The notes below the pieces were generated by a model. It did no database searches, was not told the origin of the DNA, and worked only from the letters and a program-made list of their open reading frames with translations. This document shows, in pieces, positions 17,623-26,833 of a DNA stretch of 64,000 nucleotides; the first letter of the stretch is position 1, and every line of letters begins with the position of its first letter. The translations under genes were made by a program, and so were the position numbers. The stretch comes from Magnetococcales bacterium (GTDB taxonomy: Bacteria; Pseudomonadota; Magnetococcia; Magnetococcales; JADGAQ01). The stretch spans positions 18,728-82,727 of the forward strand of contig JADGAQ010000001.1 of assembly GCA_015231925.1 (NCBI GenBank). The letters are read 5' to 3'.

Positions 17623-18600
17623 ATGTCTCGCACTTTTCTAGACTTCGAACGCCCCATTGGCGAGCTTATGGCCAAGGTGGACGAGTTGCGCGCCCTCTCT
17701 TCCAACAACTCCGAGATACAGATTACCGAAGAGTTGTCCAGTCTGGAAAAGGAGGTTGCCAATCTGACGGAGCGGATCTTCACTAAACTGACGCCCTGGG
17801 AGAAGACCCAGCTCTCCCGGCATCCGGACCGGCCCTATACCAGCGATTATCTGGACTTGATCTTTGCCGACTTCATCGAGTTGCACGGGGATCGCAACTT
17901 CGCCGATGACAAGGCCATCATCGGTGGTTTGGCCGTCCTGGACGGGCAGGAGGTCATGGTCATCGGTCAGGAGAAGGGGCGGGGCACCAAGGAGAAGGTC
18001 TATCGCAACTTCGGCATGCCCCGGCCCGAAGGCTATCACAAGGCGTTGCGCCTGATGCGCATGGCGGAGAAATTCGGCATGCCCATCATCACCTTCATCG
18101 ACACTCCCGGAGCCTATCCCGGCAAAGAGGCGGAGGAGAGGGGGCAGGCGGCGGCTATTGCCGAAAACCTCAAAGCCATGATCGACCTGAAGGTTCCGGT
18201 GATTTCGGTGGTGATCGGGGAGGGCGGCTCGGGTGGAGCCCTCGCCATCGGGGTGGGCAACCGGGTGTTGATGATGCAGTATGCCATCTATTCGGTGATC
18301 TCCCCGGAAGGATGCGCTTCCATACTGTGGAAGGACGCCGCCAAGGCGGAGTTGGCGGCGGAAGCCATGCGGCTGACCGCCGAGGAGATTCTGGAGCTGA
18401 AGGTGATCGACGGAATTGTGCCGGAACCGGTGGGTGGGGCGCATCGGGATCCGGTGAAAGCGGCGCATCTGCTGGGCCTCCATTTGAACCGCGCCCTGCG
18501 GGAGCTGCTCTACATGTCACCGGAGACTTTGGTGCGGCAGCGTTTCGAAAAATATTTTTCCATGGGCTTGATGTTGGGCGGGGGGATGGGGATCGACTGA
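17623..18600 (+). CDS. accA: acetyl-CoA carboxylase carboxyltransferase alpha subunit
   Basis: 325 aa with the motifs [28 protein letters not shown] and [12 protein letters not shown]. Confidence 0.95.
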   Translation: MSRTFLDFERPIGELMAKVDELRALSSNNSEIQITEELSSLEKEVANLTERIFTKLTPWEKTQLSRHPDRPYTSDYLDLIFADFIELHGDRNFADDKAIIGGLAVLDGQEVMVIGQEKGRGTKEKVYRNFGMPRPEGYHKALRLMRMAEKFGMPIITFIDTPGAYPGKEAEERGQAAAIAENLKAMIDLKVPVISVVIGEGGSGGALAIGVGNRVLMMQYAIYSVISPEGCASILWKDAAKAELAAEAMRLTAEEILELKVIDGIVPEPVGGAHRDPVKAAHLLGLHLNRALRELLYMSPETLVRQRFEKYFSMGLMLGGGMGID

Positions 18601-18686
18601 GGATGGCTTGAAAATTGCTAAGATTTCTTGGTGTTTGAGGGAGTTGCAAAACTCCCGCAGCCAAGCCGGGATATATTTATAATCAT

Positions 18687-18871
18687 TTGACTTTCAATAT
18701 TTTACCTTTTAAGTGTCAAAAAAAGAAAATGTTCTATCCTTTGACTTTTTTGAGCCAAGCGCAAAACTGCGAAGTAAGGTGTTGGAGCGATCTAAATATT
18801 TTGGAAATGAAAAATCAACAGACAGAACATTTTCTTTTTTTGATATTTAAAGGATAAAATATTAAAAGTCA
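18687..18871. repeat. AT-rich long-palindrome intergenic element, copy 1 (arms separated by about 58 nt of unrelated sequence; right arm slightly degenerate)
   Basis: The left arm is TTGACTTTCAATATTTTACCTTTTAAGTGTCAAAAAAAGAAAATGTTCTATCCTTTGACTTTTTTG. The right arm is ..CAACAGACAGAACATTTTCTTTTTTTGATATTTAAAGGATAAAATATTAAAAGTCA. It lies between accA and fba. Confidence 0.85.
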
Positions 18872-18904
18872 CTCGCTTCCCGTTTGAGTTTCAGGAGGGT
18901 TATC

Positions 18905-19969
18905 ATGCCTTTGGTCTCCATGCGGCAGCTTCTCGATCATGCGGCGGAACACGGATACGGGCTCCCCGCCTTCAACGTCAATAATATGGAGCAGGTGCGC
19001 GCCATCATGCGCGCCGCCGCCGATACCGACAGCCCCGTGATTTTGCAAGCCTCCGCCGGAGCGCGCAAATACGCCGGCGAACCCTTTCTGCGTCATCAGG
19101 TGCTGGCGGCCCTGGAAGCCTATCCCGATATTCCGGTGGTGATGCATCAGGACCACGGGCAGAGCCCGGCGGTTTGCCTGGGTGCCATTCGCAGCGGCTT
19201 CACCAGCGTGATGATGGACGGCTCCCTGAAGGAAGACGGCAAAACCGCCGCCACCTATGCCTACAACGAAGAGGTCACCCGTCGGGTGGTGGAGATGTCC
19301 CACTGCCTGGGGGTCTCCGTGGAGGGCGAACTGGGGGTGCTGGGTTCCCTGGAGACCGGCAAGGCGGGGGAGGAGGACGGACACGGCGCGGAAGGCCAAT
19401 TCGGCCATGACCGCCTGCTGACGGACCCGGAAGAGGCCGCCCGTTTCGTGGCGGCCACCAAGGTCGATGCCCTGGCCATCGCCATCGGTACCTCCCACGG
19501 GGCCTACAAGTTCAGCCGCAAACCCACCGGTGACATTCTGGCCATCGACCGCATCAAGGAGATCCACGCCCGTCTGCCGGACACCCATCTGGTGATGCAC
19601 GGCTCCTCTTCCGTGCCCCAGGAGCTGCTGGCCATCATCAACGAGTTCGGCGGGGCCATTCCGGAGACCTACGGCGTGCCGGTGGAGGAGATTCAGACCG
19701 GCATTCGCCATGGGGTGCGCAAGATCAATATCGACACCGACCTGAGGCTGGCCATGACAGGAGCCATTCGTCGCGTTTTCGCCAAGGATCCCAAGGAGTT
19801 CGACCCCCGCAAGTACCTCCGTCCGGCGGAAGATGCCGCTTATGCGATCTGCAAGGCCCGGTTCGAACAGTTCGGCACCGCCGGCAACGCCTCCAAACTG
19901 CGGGTGATTCCCCTGGATGAGATGGCCAAACGTTATGCGGCGGGCACTCTGGACCCGCGGATTGCCTGA
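18905..19969 (+). CDS. fba: class II fructose-bisphosphate aldolase (long, Calvin-cycle/CbbA-like subtype)
   Basis: The start [30 protein letters not shown] at ATG 18905 is preceded by AGGAGG. HGSSSVP and a C-terminal extension typical of the roughly 355-aa subtype are present. Confidence 0.92.
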   Translation: MPLVSMRQLLDHAAEHGYGLPAFNVNNMEQVRAIMRAAADTDSPVILQASAGARKYAGEPFLRHQVLAALEAYPDIPVVMHQDHGQSPAVCLGAIRSGFTSVMMDGSLKEDGKTAATYAYNEEVTRRVVEMSHCLGVSVEGELGVLGSLETGKAGEEDGHGAEGQFGHDRLLTDPEEAARFVAATKVDALAIAIGTSHGAYKFSRKPTGDILAIDRIKEIHARLPDTHLVMHGSSSVPQELLAIINEFGGAIPETYGVPVEEIQTGIRHGVRKINIDTDLRLAMTGAIRRVFAKDPKEFDPRKYLRPAEDAAYAICKARFEQFGTAGNASKLRVIPLDEMAKRYAAGTLDPRIA

Positions 19970-19973
19970 GACC

Positions 19974-21548
19974 ATGCCACGCCTCCTCTCCTTTCTGGCC
20001 ATTGCCGCCGTGACGGCGGCCCTCTTCGGGGGACCGTCCCAGGCCTGGGCAGCCAAGCGGGATCCCTGCCCCGTGGCTCGGGAACTGGCCCAGAAGGGCA
20101 TGGATCTCTTCGACGGACAGCAGCGGGAAAAGGGTGTCGCAGCCTTGAAGGAGGCCTACGGCCTCTGCCCCGACGATCTGGATGTGGGCTACAATCTCGG
20201 CCTGGCCCTTTTCCAGACCGATCGCCACGAAGAGGCCCGTTTCACCTGGGAAACGGTGTTGCAGAAACATCCCGAGGATCTGCGCAGCAACGCCAATCTG
20301 GCCTGGTCCTACTTCATGCTGGGGCGGGATGAGGCCGCCCATCTCAAGGCCTTCCAGCAACTGCGCAAGCATCCCGGCCAATTGTCCCTGGCCCATACCG
20401 AGGTCTACGCCCTGTTTCGCATGGGGCGCTATCTGGAGGCCTACGACTGGCTGGATCGGGCCCAGTTGGAAGGGGTGAGGGCGCAACGCTGGCGGGAGCA
20501 GGCCGTCACCTTCGTGGTGGAGGATCTGTGGCGCTCGTTTCGCGAGGGGCGTCGTCTGGAACCCATCCAGGAGGTGGTCAACAAGCTCATCGAAGAGTAT
20601 CCCCAGGAAAAGGCCTTTGTGGCCGCCAAGGACAAGCTGGTGCTGGCGGCGGTGGACCCCGAGGCGGAGGTGCCGTTCCGTCTTGACCTGCCCCACGACT
20701 CCTGGCCCAAAAGCGGCGATGTGGATGACAACCGCGAGGTGCTCGACGATTTCATCCATGCGGTGCCCCCGATGGTCAACTGGAGTCGGCGCACCGACGC
20801 CTTCGGCCTGTTCGCCGGTGTCAAACAGTATCTGCGCACCGGAGGCCATCCTTTTGGCGACCGGGACGCCTCCAATCTGCATCGCTTGTTGACCACTTGG
20901 GGCTACCTGCCCGCCGCCGACGAGCATGCCCGTCTGCGGGTTGACCGGGAGGCCACGGCGCTGAATCTGCGCCAGGATCTGGAGTGGTTGCTGACTCAGG
21001 GTCGGCTGAACCCCAACGCCATGCTGATCTTCTATTTCTCCGGACACGCCATCTCCCGGGAGGGAGCGGCTGCGGGGGAGCGGGAGGTCTGGTTGCTGCC
21101 TTTCGAGGCCCATGCCGATCAGGTCGCCACCCAGGGGGTTTCGCTGAACGCTTTCCGCAACGCCCTGGCAACCCTGCCCAATCGGGAGGTGATGGTCTTG
21201 TTGGATGTTTGCTTTGACGGCTCGCCGCGTTGTGCCGGGTCGAAAACGGTTTCCAGCGCCCCGCCACCCTCCTATTTCGATATCGGCAAACCCTGGGCCG
21301 TGGCCTCCCTGTCGGGACCGGCGAGTTCTTACGGACCGGGGCGACAGGGTGCCTTCAGCTATTTTCTGACCAAAGGCCTGCTGGGTCAGGCCGATGGCAA
21401 GGTGGACGGGCAGACGGACGGTTGGGTCGATCTGGAAGAGGCGCTTTTTTACGCCAAAGAGGCCATGGCTTCCCGCAGTTTGGGGCCGGAGCCGCAACGG
21501 CGTTCCCCGGCCCGCCTGCGTGTGACCCGAGTGGGAGGTGAACAATGA
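19974..21548 (+). CDS. secreted TPR-repeat protein with C-terminal caspase-like (peptidase C14) domain
   Basis: The start is set at ATG 19974, just after the fba stop. The signal peptide is MPRLLSFLAIAAVTAALFGGPSQAWA. TPR-like repeats follow. The caspase catalytic dyad context is present (NAMLIFYFSGHAISREG and REVMVLLDVCFDGS). Confidence 0.75.
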   Translation: MPRLLSFLAIAAVTAALFGGPSQAWAAKRDPCPVARELAQKGMDLFDGQQREKGVAALKEAYGLCPDDLDVGYNLGLALFQTDRHEEARFTWETVLQKHPEDLRSNANLAWSYFMLGRDEAAHLKAFQQLRKHPGQLSLAHTEVYALFRMGRYLEAYDWLDRAQLEGVRAQRWREQAVTFVVEDLWRSFREGRRLEPIQEVVNKLIEEYPQEKAFVAAKDKLVLAAVDPEAEVPFRLDLPHDSWPKSGDVDDNREVLDDFIHAVPPMVNWSRRTDAFGLFAGVKQYLRTGGHPFGDRDASNLHRLLTTWGYLPAADEHARLRVDREATALNLRQDLEWLLTQGRLNPNAMLIFYFSGHAISREGAAAGEREVWLLPFEAHADQVATQGVSLNAFRNALATLPNREVMVLLDVCFDGSPRCAGSKTVSSAPPPSYFDIGKPWAVASLSGPASSYGPGRQGAFSYFLTKGLLGQADGKVDGQTDGWVDLEEALFYAKEAMASRSLGPEPQRRSPARLRVTRVGGEQ

Positions 21549-22435
21549 AGCGCCTGCCTCTCCTGGGACTCGGGCTGGCCCTGTCGATGGGCGTGAGCCA
21601 GCCCGCCTGCGCTTTTCTGATGGATGAGTGGGCACCCATCGCGGCGGAAAGTGGGGACAATACCTCCCGCACTGCGTTGGAGCCGGGGGTTCCCTGGCAG
21701 GAGGGTACCAGCGGCATGCGCTTTCAGTGGATTGCCGCAGCCTGTTACGCCATGGGCAGCCACCCGCAGGTGGAGGACCGGGAGACCGACGAAGGGCCGG
21801 TTCATGAAGTGTGTGTAGACGGCTTCTGGCTGGCGGACCGGGAAGTGACGCAGGGGCAGTGGCGCAGCATCATGCGCACCAACCCCGCCATGTTCCGCAA
21901 AGGGGACGACTACCCCGTGGAGCAGGTGAGTTGGGAGGATGTGGAGGCTTTTCTCAAGCGCATCAACGGCTTGTATGAAAACCGGGCCCACTTTCGTCTG
22001 CCCCGGGAAGCGGAGTGGGAGTTCGCCTGCCGCAACGCCGGGGAACGCATGCGTTATCCCAACGGCGAGTCACCCAACCAGAGCGGCTGGTATGCCGAGA
22101 ACGCCAGCGGGGGCAGTCATCGGGCCGCCACCCTGGCGGCCAATCGCCTGGGGTTGTACGACATGGCGGGCAATGTTTGGGAATGGACCGAGGATGCCTA
22201 TTTCAGTGACGCCTACTCCCGTCATGAGCGGCAAAATCCCCTGGTGACCGGTCGATCCGTCTACCGGGTCATTCGTGGGGGTGGGTGGGGAAGTCAGGCG
22301 GCCAAGCTGCGTTGCGCCAATCGCGGGTTCGAGCTTTTTTCCGTGAAACGTTCCGATCTGGGGTTTCGCCTGGTGGTCGAAAAGGCCATCGAGAAGCCCA
22401 AGCCACCACCGGAGGTCAAGAATCTGCCCTTCTGA
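21545..22435 (+). CDS. formylglycine-generating-enzyme (FGE/SUMF1)-family domain protein, secreted
   Basis: The signal peptide is MKRLPLLGLGLALSMGVSQPACA. FGE-sulfatase signatures are present (WRLPREAEWEFACR, GLYDMAGNVWEWTED, RVIRGGGWGS, LGFRLV). Its ATG overlaps the caspase-gene stop (ATGA). Confidence 0.85.
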   Translation: MKRLPLLGLGLALSMGVSQPACAFLMDEWAPIAAESGDNTSRTALEPGVPWQEGTSGMRFQWIAAACYAMGSHPQVEDRETDEGPVHEVCVDGFWLADREVTQGQWRSIMRTNPAMFRKGDDYPVEQVSWEDVEAFLKRINGLYENRAHFRLPREAEWEFACRNAGERMRYPNGESPNQSGWYAENASGGSHRAATLAANRLGLYDMAGNVWEWTEDAYFSDAYSRHERQNPLVTGRSVYRVIRGGGWGSQAAKLRCANRGFELFSVKRSDLGFRLVVEKAIEKPKPPPEVKNLPF

Positions 22436-22447
22436 GGGAAGAATCGG

Positions 22448-22586
22448 TTGACTTTCAATATGTTCCTTTAAGTATCAAAAAAAGGAAATGTTCTGTCCTT
22501 TGACTTTTTGAAGAAATTCAAGAAAAAGTCAAAGGACAGAACATTTCCTTTTTTTGATATTTAAAAGATAAAATATTGAAAGTCAA
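22448..22586. repeat. AT-rich long-palindrome intergenic element, copy 2 (most perfect copy)
   Basis: TTGACTTTCAATATGTTCCTTTAAGTATCAAAAAAAGGAAATGTTCTGTCCTTTGACTTTTTG - aagaaattc - AAGAAAAAGTCAAAGGACAGAACATTTCCTTTTTTTGATATTTAAAAGATAAAATATTGAAAGTCAA. It sits between two convergent genes. The stop of the radical-SAM gene (22583-22585) lies inside its last motif. Confidence 0.9.
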
Positions 22587-24313
22587 AAATTTATAGTTTG
22601 AGTTTTTGTAACTTCCTGAAAATGCAAAGGATTCTCTTTCAGTAAGCGCCGGGTCAGATGCAGCCTGACCTCGGCGGACTCCGTCAGACGATGCAGCAGA
22701 TGATGGGGACTGGTGGCCGTTCGGGCCACGGCGTCGAGATCCCCCGCACACTCCTGATAAAGGCGGGGAAGACTCGGGTCAAACCCCGCCAGGGCCCGGA
22801 TCAAGGGATCCTTGTCGCGCCGGGCGGCAATCGTTTCCAGCCGCTCCTCTCCAAGCTGTCCCAGGGTTATATGGGTCGCGCCCCCCAGCACCACCTGCCC
22901 ATCCATCCGCACCATGACATCCACTTCGAAGGGATCCCTCGGCGGGATACCCCTTTCCAGGTAAGCCTCCAGTTCCAGAGAGTTGGGCAGCAGCTCCACG
23001 GGGTCGAGTCGTTCCGCCCGGCCCATGCCGTCCACCTGGGCGCTCATCCAGAAGAAGGGTAGTTGTCGGGGATGATCCGTGAGCCGGAACTGGCCCTGTT
23101 GAAACGGATAACCGATGCGATCGGGCCGGGCGGGATCCCGTCGGGCCAGGGAACTCCGGCTCTGGCTGATCCAGTACATGGCCCGGTTGCGTTCGCGCAG
23201 CTCCCGCTGCAGTCGACCCAGAACACCTTCCCGGAATACCGCCTCCGAAAAATTGAGCCGTTCCAGTCGATGCAGCAGGGCAACTTGAATCCGGGGGTCG
23301 GCGGGAACGCTGGTCAGACAATTGGCTATCCAGGCGATGGGAATGCGTTCCTGCAGTCTGCCTTCCGGGGGAGTGGGGTAAATCTCCTGATGAAAGGCAT
23401 CGCAACTGAACTGCAGCAGCAGACCGGCCGGGCGGGCTTTGCGGGGACGTTGGTTCAAGGCCTCCAGGCAGTTCCGGTAGAAAGAGACGACTTCCTCTTC
23501 ACACTTGCCCAGGGTGCCGTTGAGGATGATGGCAAAGGTGGTCACGGCGGGCAGGGTGGCGACGGCCTGCAAGAAGAGGTCGATATGGCGCTCCGCTTCG
23601 CCGCCGGAAAAGAGCAGATGCGGGGCGAAGCGGCTGGCGGCCTGAAGAATCTCCTCCGGGGGACGGGCCTGCCCTTTCAGGGTGGGGCGCCAGGCGAAGA
23701 GACAGTGACGGCAGGATTGGCGGCAGGCCAGAGTGGGCACGATGCCCGCCTTGAGGCTGGGCAGCGGTGAAAGAGAGCCCTTTTTCAAACCGTCCACCAG
23801 GGCGAGGCGTTCCCGGTCCGGACTTCCCCCAACCTGCCGTGCAATCTGTTTCTGCCGTTGACTGAGGCGTCGCAGGGCCGTTTGCTCCTCCTCCGGATGA
23901 TCCGCGGGGCAACAGGCCAGGGCCTGGGAGACGGCCTTGACCGGATCCTCTCCGCCCTGCTGCCACCAGTGCAGCACCGCCTGCCGCCGGGGATCTCCCG
24001 GAGGCTGCTCCCGCCAGAAGGTCAGATATCCCTGCAGAAAGCTGCCGTCACTGACCGCCTGGTTCATGAGGGGGCCAAGGTAGGTTTGGGAAGGGTGGGT
24101 GAAGAGACCTGCCACGGCCTGCCCGCGCCAGCGCACATGAACGAGCCGTTGCAGCTCCCGGTAGGCCTGCAGGCAGCTCAACGGATCCAGGAGGTAGGAG
24201 GGCAACTCCTCTCGACGGGCGCGATCTTCGAGGTGTTGGCTTTCCCGGTTGCACCGGGCGCGAATCCGGCGCAACTGCGCGGCAAGGTACTCCTCCGTCA
24301 GGTCCGGTTTCAT
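22583..24313 (-). CDS. atypical radical SAM-like protein (576 aa) with long N- and C-terminal extensions
   Basis: It contains GIVPTLACRQSCRHCLFAW, the CxxxCxxC cluster motif. About 45 aa later comes LLFSGGEAERH, a GGE-type SAM-binding motif. The first roughly 190 aa and last roughly 250 aa match nothing I recognise. Its ATG overlaps the stop of the upstream glycosyltransferase. Confidence 0.6.
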   Translation of the reverse strand: MKPDLTEEYLAAQLRRIRARCNRESQHLEDRARREELPSYLLDPLSCLQAYRELQRLVHVRWRGQAVAGLFTHPSQTYLGPLMNQAVSDGSFLQGYLTFWREQPPGDPRRQAVLHWWQQGGEDPVKAVSQALACCPADHPEEEQTALRRLSQRQKQIARQVGGSPDRERLALVDGLKKGSLSPLPSLKAGIVPTLACRQSCRHCLFAWRPTLKGQARPPEEILQAASRFAPHLLFSGGEAERHIDLFLQAVATLPAVTTFAIILNGTLGKCEEEVVSFYRNCLEALNQRPRKARPAGLLLQFSCDAFHQEIYPTPPEGRLQERIPIAWIANCLTSVPADPRIQVALLHRLERLNFSEAVFREGVLGRLQRELRERNRAMYWISQSRSSLARRDPARPDRIGYPFQQGQFRLTDHPRQLPFFWMSAQVDGMGRAERLDPVELLPNSLELEAYLERGIPPRDPFEVDVMVRMDGQVVLGGATHITLGQLGEERLETIAARRDKDPLIRALAGFDPSLPRLYQECAGDLDAVARTATSPHHLLHRLTESAEVRLHLTRRLLKENPLHFQEVTKTQTINF

Positions 24314-25335
24314 GGCCGTGAAGCCTCCAGGAGTCGATAGGTTCCCCAGAGCAACCCGAAAAGCAGGAAGGCCAGCACTCCGAAGAGACCGTCAAGAGGC
24401 AGAATACGCAGAGCCGGGGCCAGCAGGTGATCATGCACGACCAGAAGAGGCCTGACCTTGCGAAAAAGGAGAAGATCCAGGAGGAGCAACGGCTGCCACA
24501 GCTCCTGCCGCAGGCAGGATCCCGCCTGGTACCAGAAAGACAGGAAAGACTTCTGTCGGACTTCGTGATGAAAAAGGGCGAAAAAAGGCGCCAGAGCCCG
24601 TTTGGGGTTTCTGCCCTGGGCGCGATAGAGATCCGGTGCCCGGTGCAGAAAATCGGGGCATCCCGCCTGCCAGGCCAACTGGATCAGGGCATTGAGAACC
24701 ATGCGTCCGCTCAGACCTTCCTGTTGAAAGCGTCGTGAGGAGGTGAGCAGATGACCGGGCAGGGTGATCCACCGGCCACGCCGGGCAATACGACGGGCCA
24801 TCTCCTCGTCTTCCATGTAGGGCAGACTTTGGTCGAATGGCCCCAGTTCCCGGAAAAACCCGGTGGAAAGCAGCAGCCCTTGGTCGCCATGGATGGTTCC
24901 CGGTCGATTGCTACGGGTTTTAACCTCCCAATAACGGGGTGGTCGGCCTTTGCCGGGAATGCCGTCGAAAAGAAGCGGAAAGTGACCGGCAATGCGGTCA
25001 TGCCCCGCCAGACGTTGCGCACTCACCAGGCAGGCGATGGCCTTTTCCAGAAGGTCGTGCCGGGGCAGTCGGGAGTCGGCATGAAGAAAGAGCAGAAAAT
25101 CACTCCGGGCCGTTTCGGCTCCCCGGTTCAACTGCCGGGCCCGTCCGGGTGAGCTGGCGAGGAGTCGGCCGTTGCCCTTCCGGGCGATGGCGGCGGTGTC
25201 ATCCACGGATCCCCCGTCGACCAGGCAAATGTCGGCGCTCACCCCCGTCTGCCGATGCAGGTCTTCCAGGAGGCGGGGCAGGGCCTCGGCTTCATTCAGA
25301 ACCGGAACGATGATGGAGAGCGAGTAGGGGGACAT
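24310..25335 (-). CDS. family-2 glycosyltransferase with C-terminal membrane segment
   Basis: The start is set at MSPYSLSIIVPVLNEAEALPRLLEDL (ATG 25335). DGGSVDDT and FLHADSRLP motifs are present. The C-terminus is hydrophobic (LLLLDLLLF..GLFGVLAFLLFGLLW). The 94-codon upstream extension in the track ORF is rejected. Confidence 0.8.
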   Translation of the reverse strand: MSPYSLSIIVPVLNEAEALPRLLEDLHRQTGVSADICLVDGGSVDDTAAIARKGNGRLLASSPGRARQLNRGAETARSDFLLFLHADSRLPRHDLLEKAIACLVSAQRLAGHDRIAGHFPLLFDGIPGKGRPPRYWEVKTRSNRPGTIHGDQGLLLSTGFFRELGPFDQSLPYMEDEEMARRIARRGRWITLPGHLLTSSRRFQQEGLSGRMVLNALIQLAWQAGCPDFLHRAPDLYRAQGRNPKRALAPFFALFHHEVRQKSFLSFWYQAGSCLRQELWQPLLLLDLLLFRKVRPLLVVHDHLLAPALRILPLDGLFGVLAFLLFGLLWGTYRLLEASRP

Positions 25336-25468
25336 GGCCCTTCTTCGGGATGTAAATTCGCCCGGCAGGCGGCCTCGGGCATCGAGAGGGCATGACAAGA
25401 TGGCCCTTCTTGCCCTATTGTGACAGAAACGAGGGGGCCTCCTCCAGGAAAAGGGCGCGTGGTCGAAA

Positions 25469-25873
25469 ATGGTACAGGCCAAGGTGTTCGTTGTCATCGT
25501 CGGGCTGTTGGCTTTCATGGGTTCGCCGGGAGCGGCGGAGAGCCCATACGGCCAGTTGGTGGTATTCGAGAATCCGGGTTGCGGTACCTGTCTCCTCTTC
25601 GAAAAGGAGATCGGCAAAGCTTACCCGCGCACCGAGTTGGGACAGGAATTGCCACTGGTGCGGGTGAATACCTTTTCGGTACCGGAGGAGTGGACGCCGT
25701 TGGCGCAGACAGTCTGCTTCACGCCGACGTTTTTGATCCTCGACCGGGAGGGACAGGTGCGGGGGCGCTGGATCGGCTATCGTGGCGACGAGTTCTTCTG
25801 GAGCAATCTGGAAAAAGAGGTGGCTCTGTTGCGTCGGGAACAGCGGCGGGGTGAATCGGTACTGGCCCGCTGA
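25469..25873 (+). CDS. secreted thioredoxin-fold protein (CxxC)
   Basis: 134 aa. The signal peptide is VFVVIVGLLAFMGSPGAAES. A VVFENPGCGTCLLFEKEIG motif and a cis-Pro-type segment (FTPTFLILD) are present. Confidence 0.6.
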   Translation: MVQAKVFVVIVGLLAFMGSPGAAESPYGQLVVFENPGCGTCLLFEKEIGKAYPRTELGQELPLVRVNTFSVPEEWTPLAQTVCFTPTFLILDREGQVRGRWIGYRGDEFFWSNLEKEVALLRREQRRGESVLAR

Positions 25874-25879
25874 GTCGGG

Positions 25880-26824
25880 ATGAGGGGAGAGAGGGCAGTG
25901 GAGGAGAAGAAAGGCTTTTTCAGCCGGTTGAAGGAGGGTTTGAGCAAGACCCGGGAAAGTTTCGTGCGGCGCATGGACGCCATTCTGACCGGGCGCAAGG
26001 TGGACCAGGAGCTTCTGGAAGAGCTGGAGGCCCTGCTGATTACCGCCGATTTCGGTGTGGAAGTGACCCGGAAAATCCTCACCCAGGCCGAGGAGAAGGC
26101 CAAACGGGAGAAGATCGTCGACGGGGAGGCCTTTCGCGGCGTGTTGCGGCAGGTGATCGAGGAGCAGCTCTCCTGGCCGGAGCTCGATCTGGAGCAAAGT
26201 CCCCATAAACCGCATGTTCTTCTGGTCGTCGGGGTTAACGGGGTGGGCAAAACCACCACCATCGGGAAACTTGCCGCCCAGTTGGGCGAAGGGGGCCGCA
26301 AGGTCATGCTGGCCGCCGGGGATACCTTCCGGGCGGCGGCGGTCGATCAGTTGCGTCGCTGGGGGGAACGGGCCGGATGTCCGGTAGTGGCCCAGGAGGG
26401 GTCCGCCGATCCGGCAGCGGTCATTTACGACGCCTATTCCGCCGCCAAATCCCGACAGATGGATTTTCTCATTGCCGATACCGCCGGTCGTCTGCATACC
26501 AAGTCCAACCTGATGGAAGAGCTGCGCAAGATCAAACGGGTACTGGGACGGCAGGATCCGGCGGTCCCCCAGGATATCTGGCTGGTTCTGGATGCCACCA
26601 CCGGACAGAATGCCGTCAATCAGGTTCGTCTGTTCCATGAGTCCATGGGGCTGTCCGGCCTGGTGATGACCAAGATGGATGGTACCGCCAAGGGGGGGGT
26701 GCTGGTTGGTCTGGCCTCGCAGTTCGGCATTCCGGTACGCTATATCGGAGTGGGTGAAGGCGTCCGGGATCTGCGTCCATTCGAGGCGAACGCTTTCGTG
26801 CGGGCCTTGTTCGAGCAATCGTGA
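25880..26824 (+). CDS. ftsY: signal recognition particle receptor
   Basis: 314 aa with SRP-GTPase motifs: VVGVNGVGKTTTIGKLA, DTFRAAA, IADTAGRLH, TKMDGTAKGG. Confidence 0.93.
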   Translation: MRGERAVEEKKGFFSRLKEGLSKTRESFVRRMDAILTGRKVDQELLEELEALLITADFGVEVTRKILTQAEEKAKREKIVDGEAFRGVLRQVIEEQLSWPELDLEQSPHKPHVLLVVGVNGVGKTTTIGKLAAQLGEGGRKVMLAAGDTFRAAAVDQLRRWGERAGCPVVAQEGSADPAAVIYDAYSAAKSRQMDFLIADTAGRLHTKSNLMEELRKIKRVLGRQDPAVPQDIWLVLDATTGQNAVNQVRLFHESMGLSGLVMTKMDGTAKGGVLVGLASQFGIPVRYIGVGEGVRDLRPFEANAFVRALFEQS

Positions 26825-26833
26825 GGAATCGAC

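Noticed and set aside
22285-22503. ORFs 22285..22503 and 42200..42391, which end in nearly identical peptides (..SIKKRKCSVL / ..SIKKRKCSVF).
   Set aside because: The shared ending is simply read-through into the left arm of the palindromic repeat. The upstream parts are out-of-frame overlaps of the FGE-like gene and apaH.
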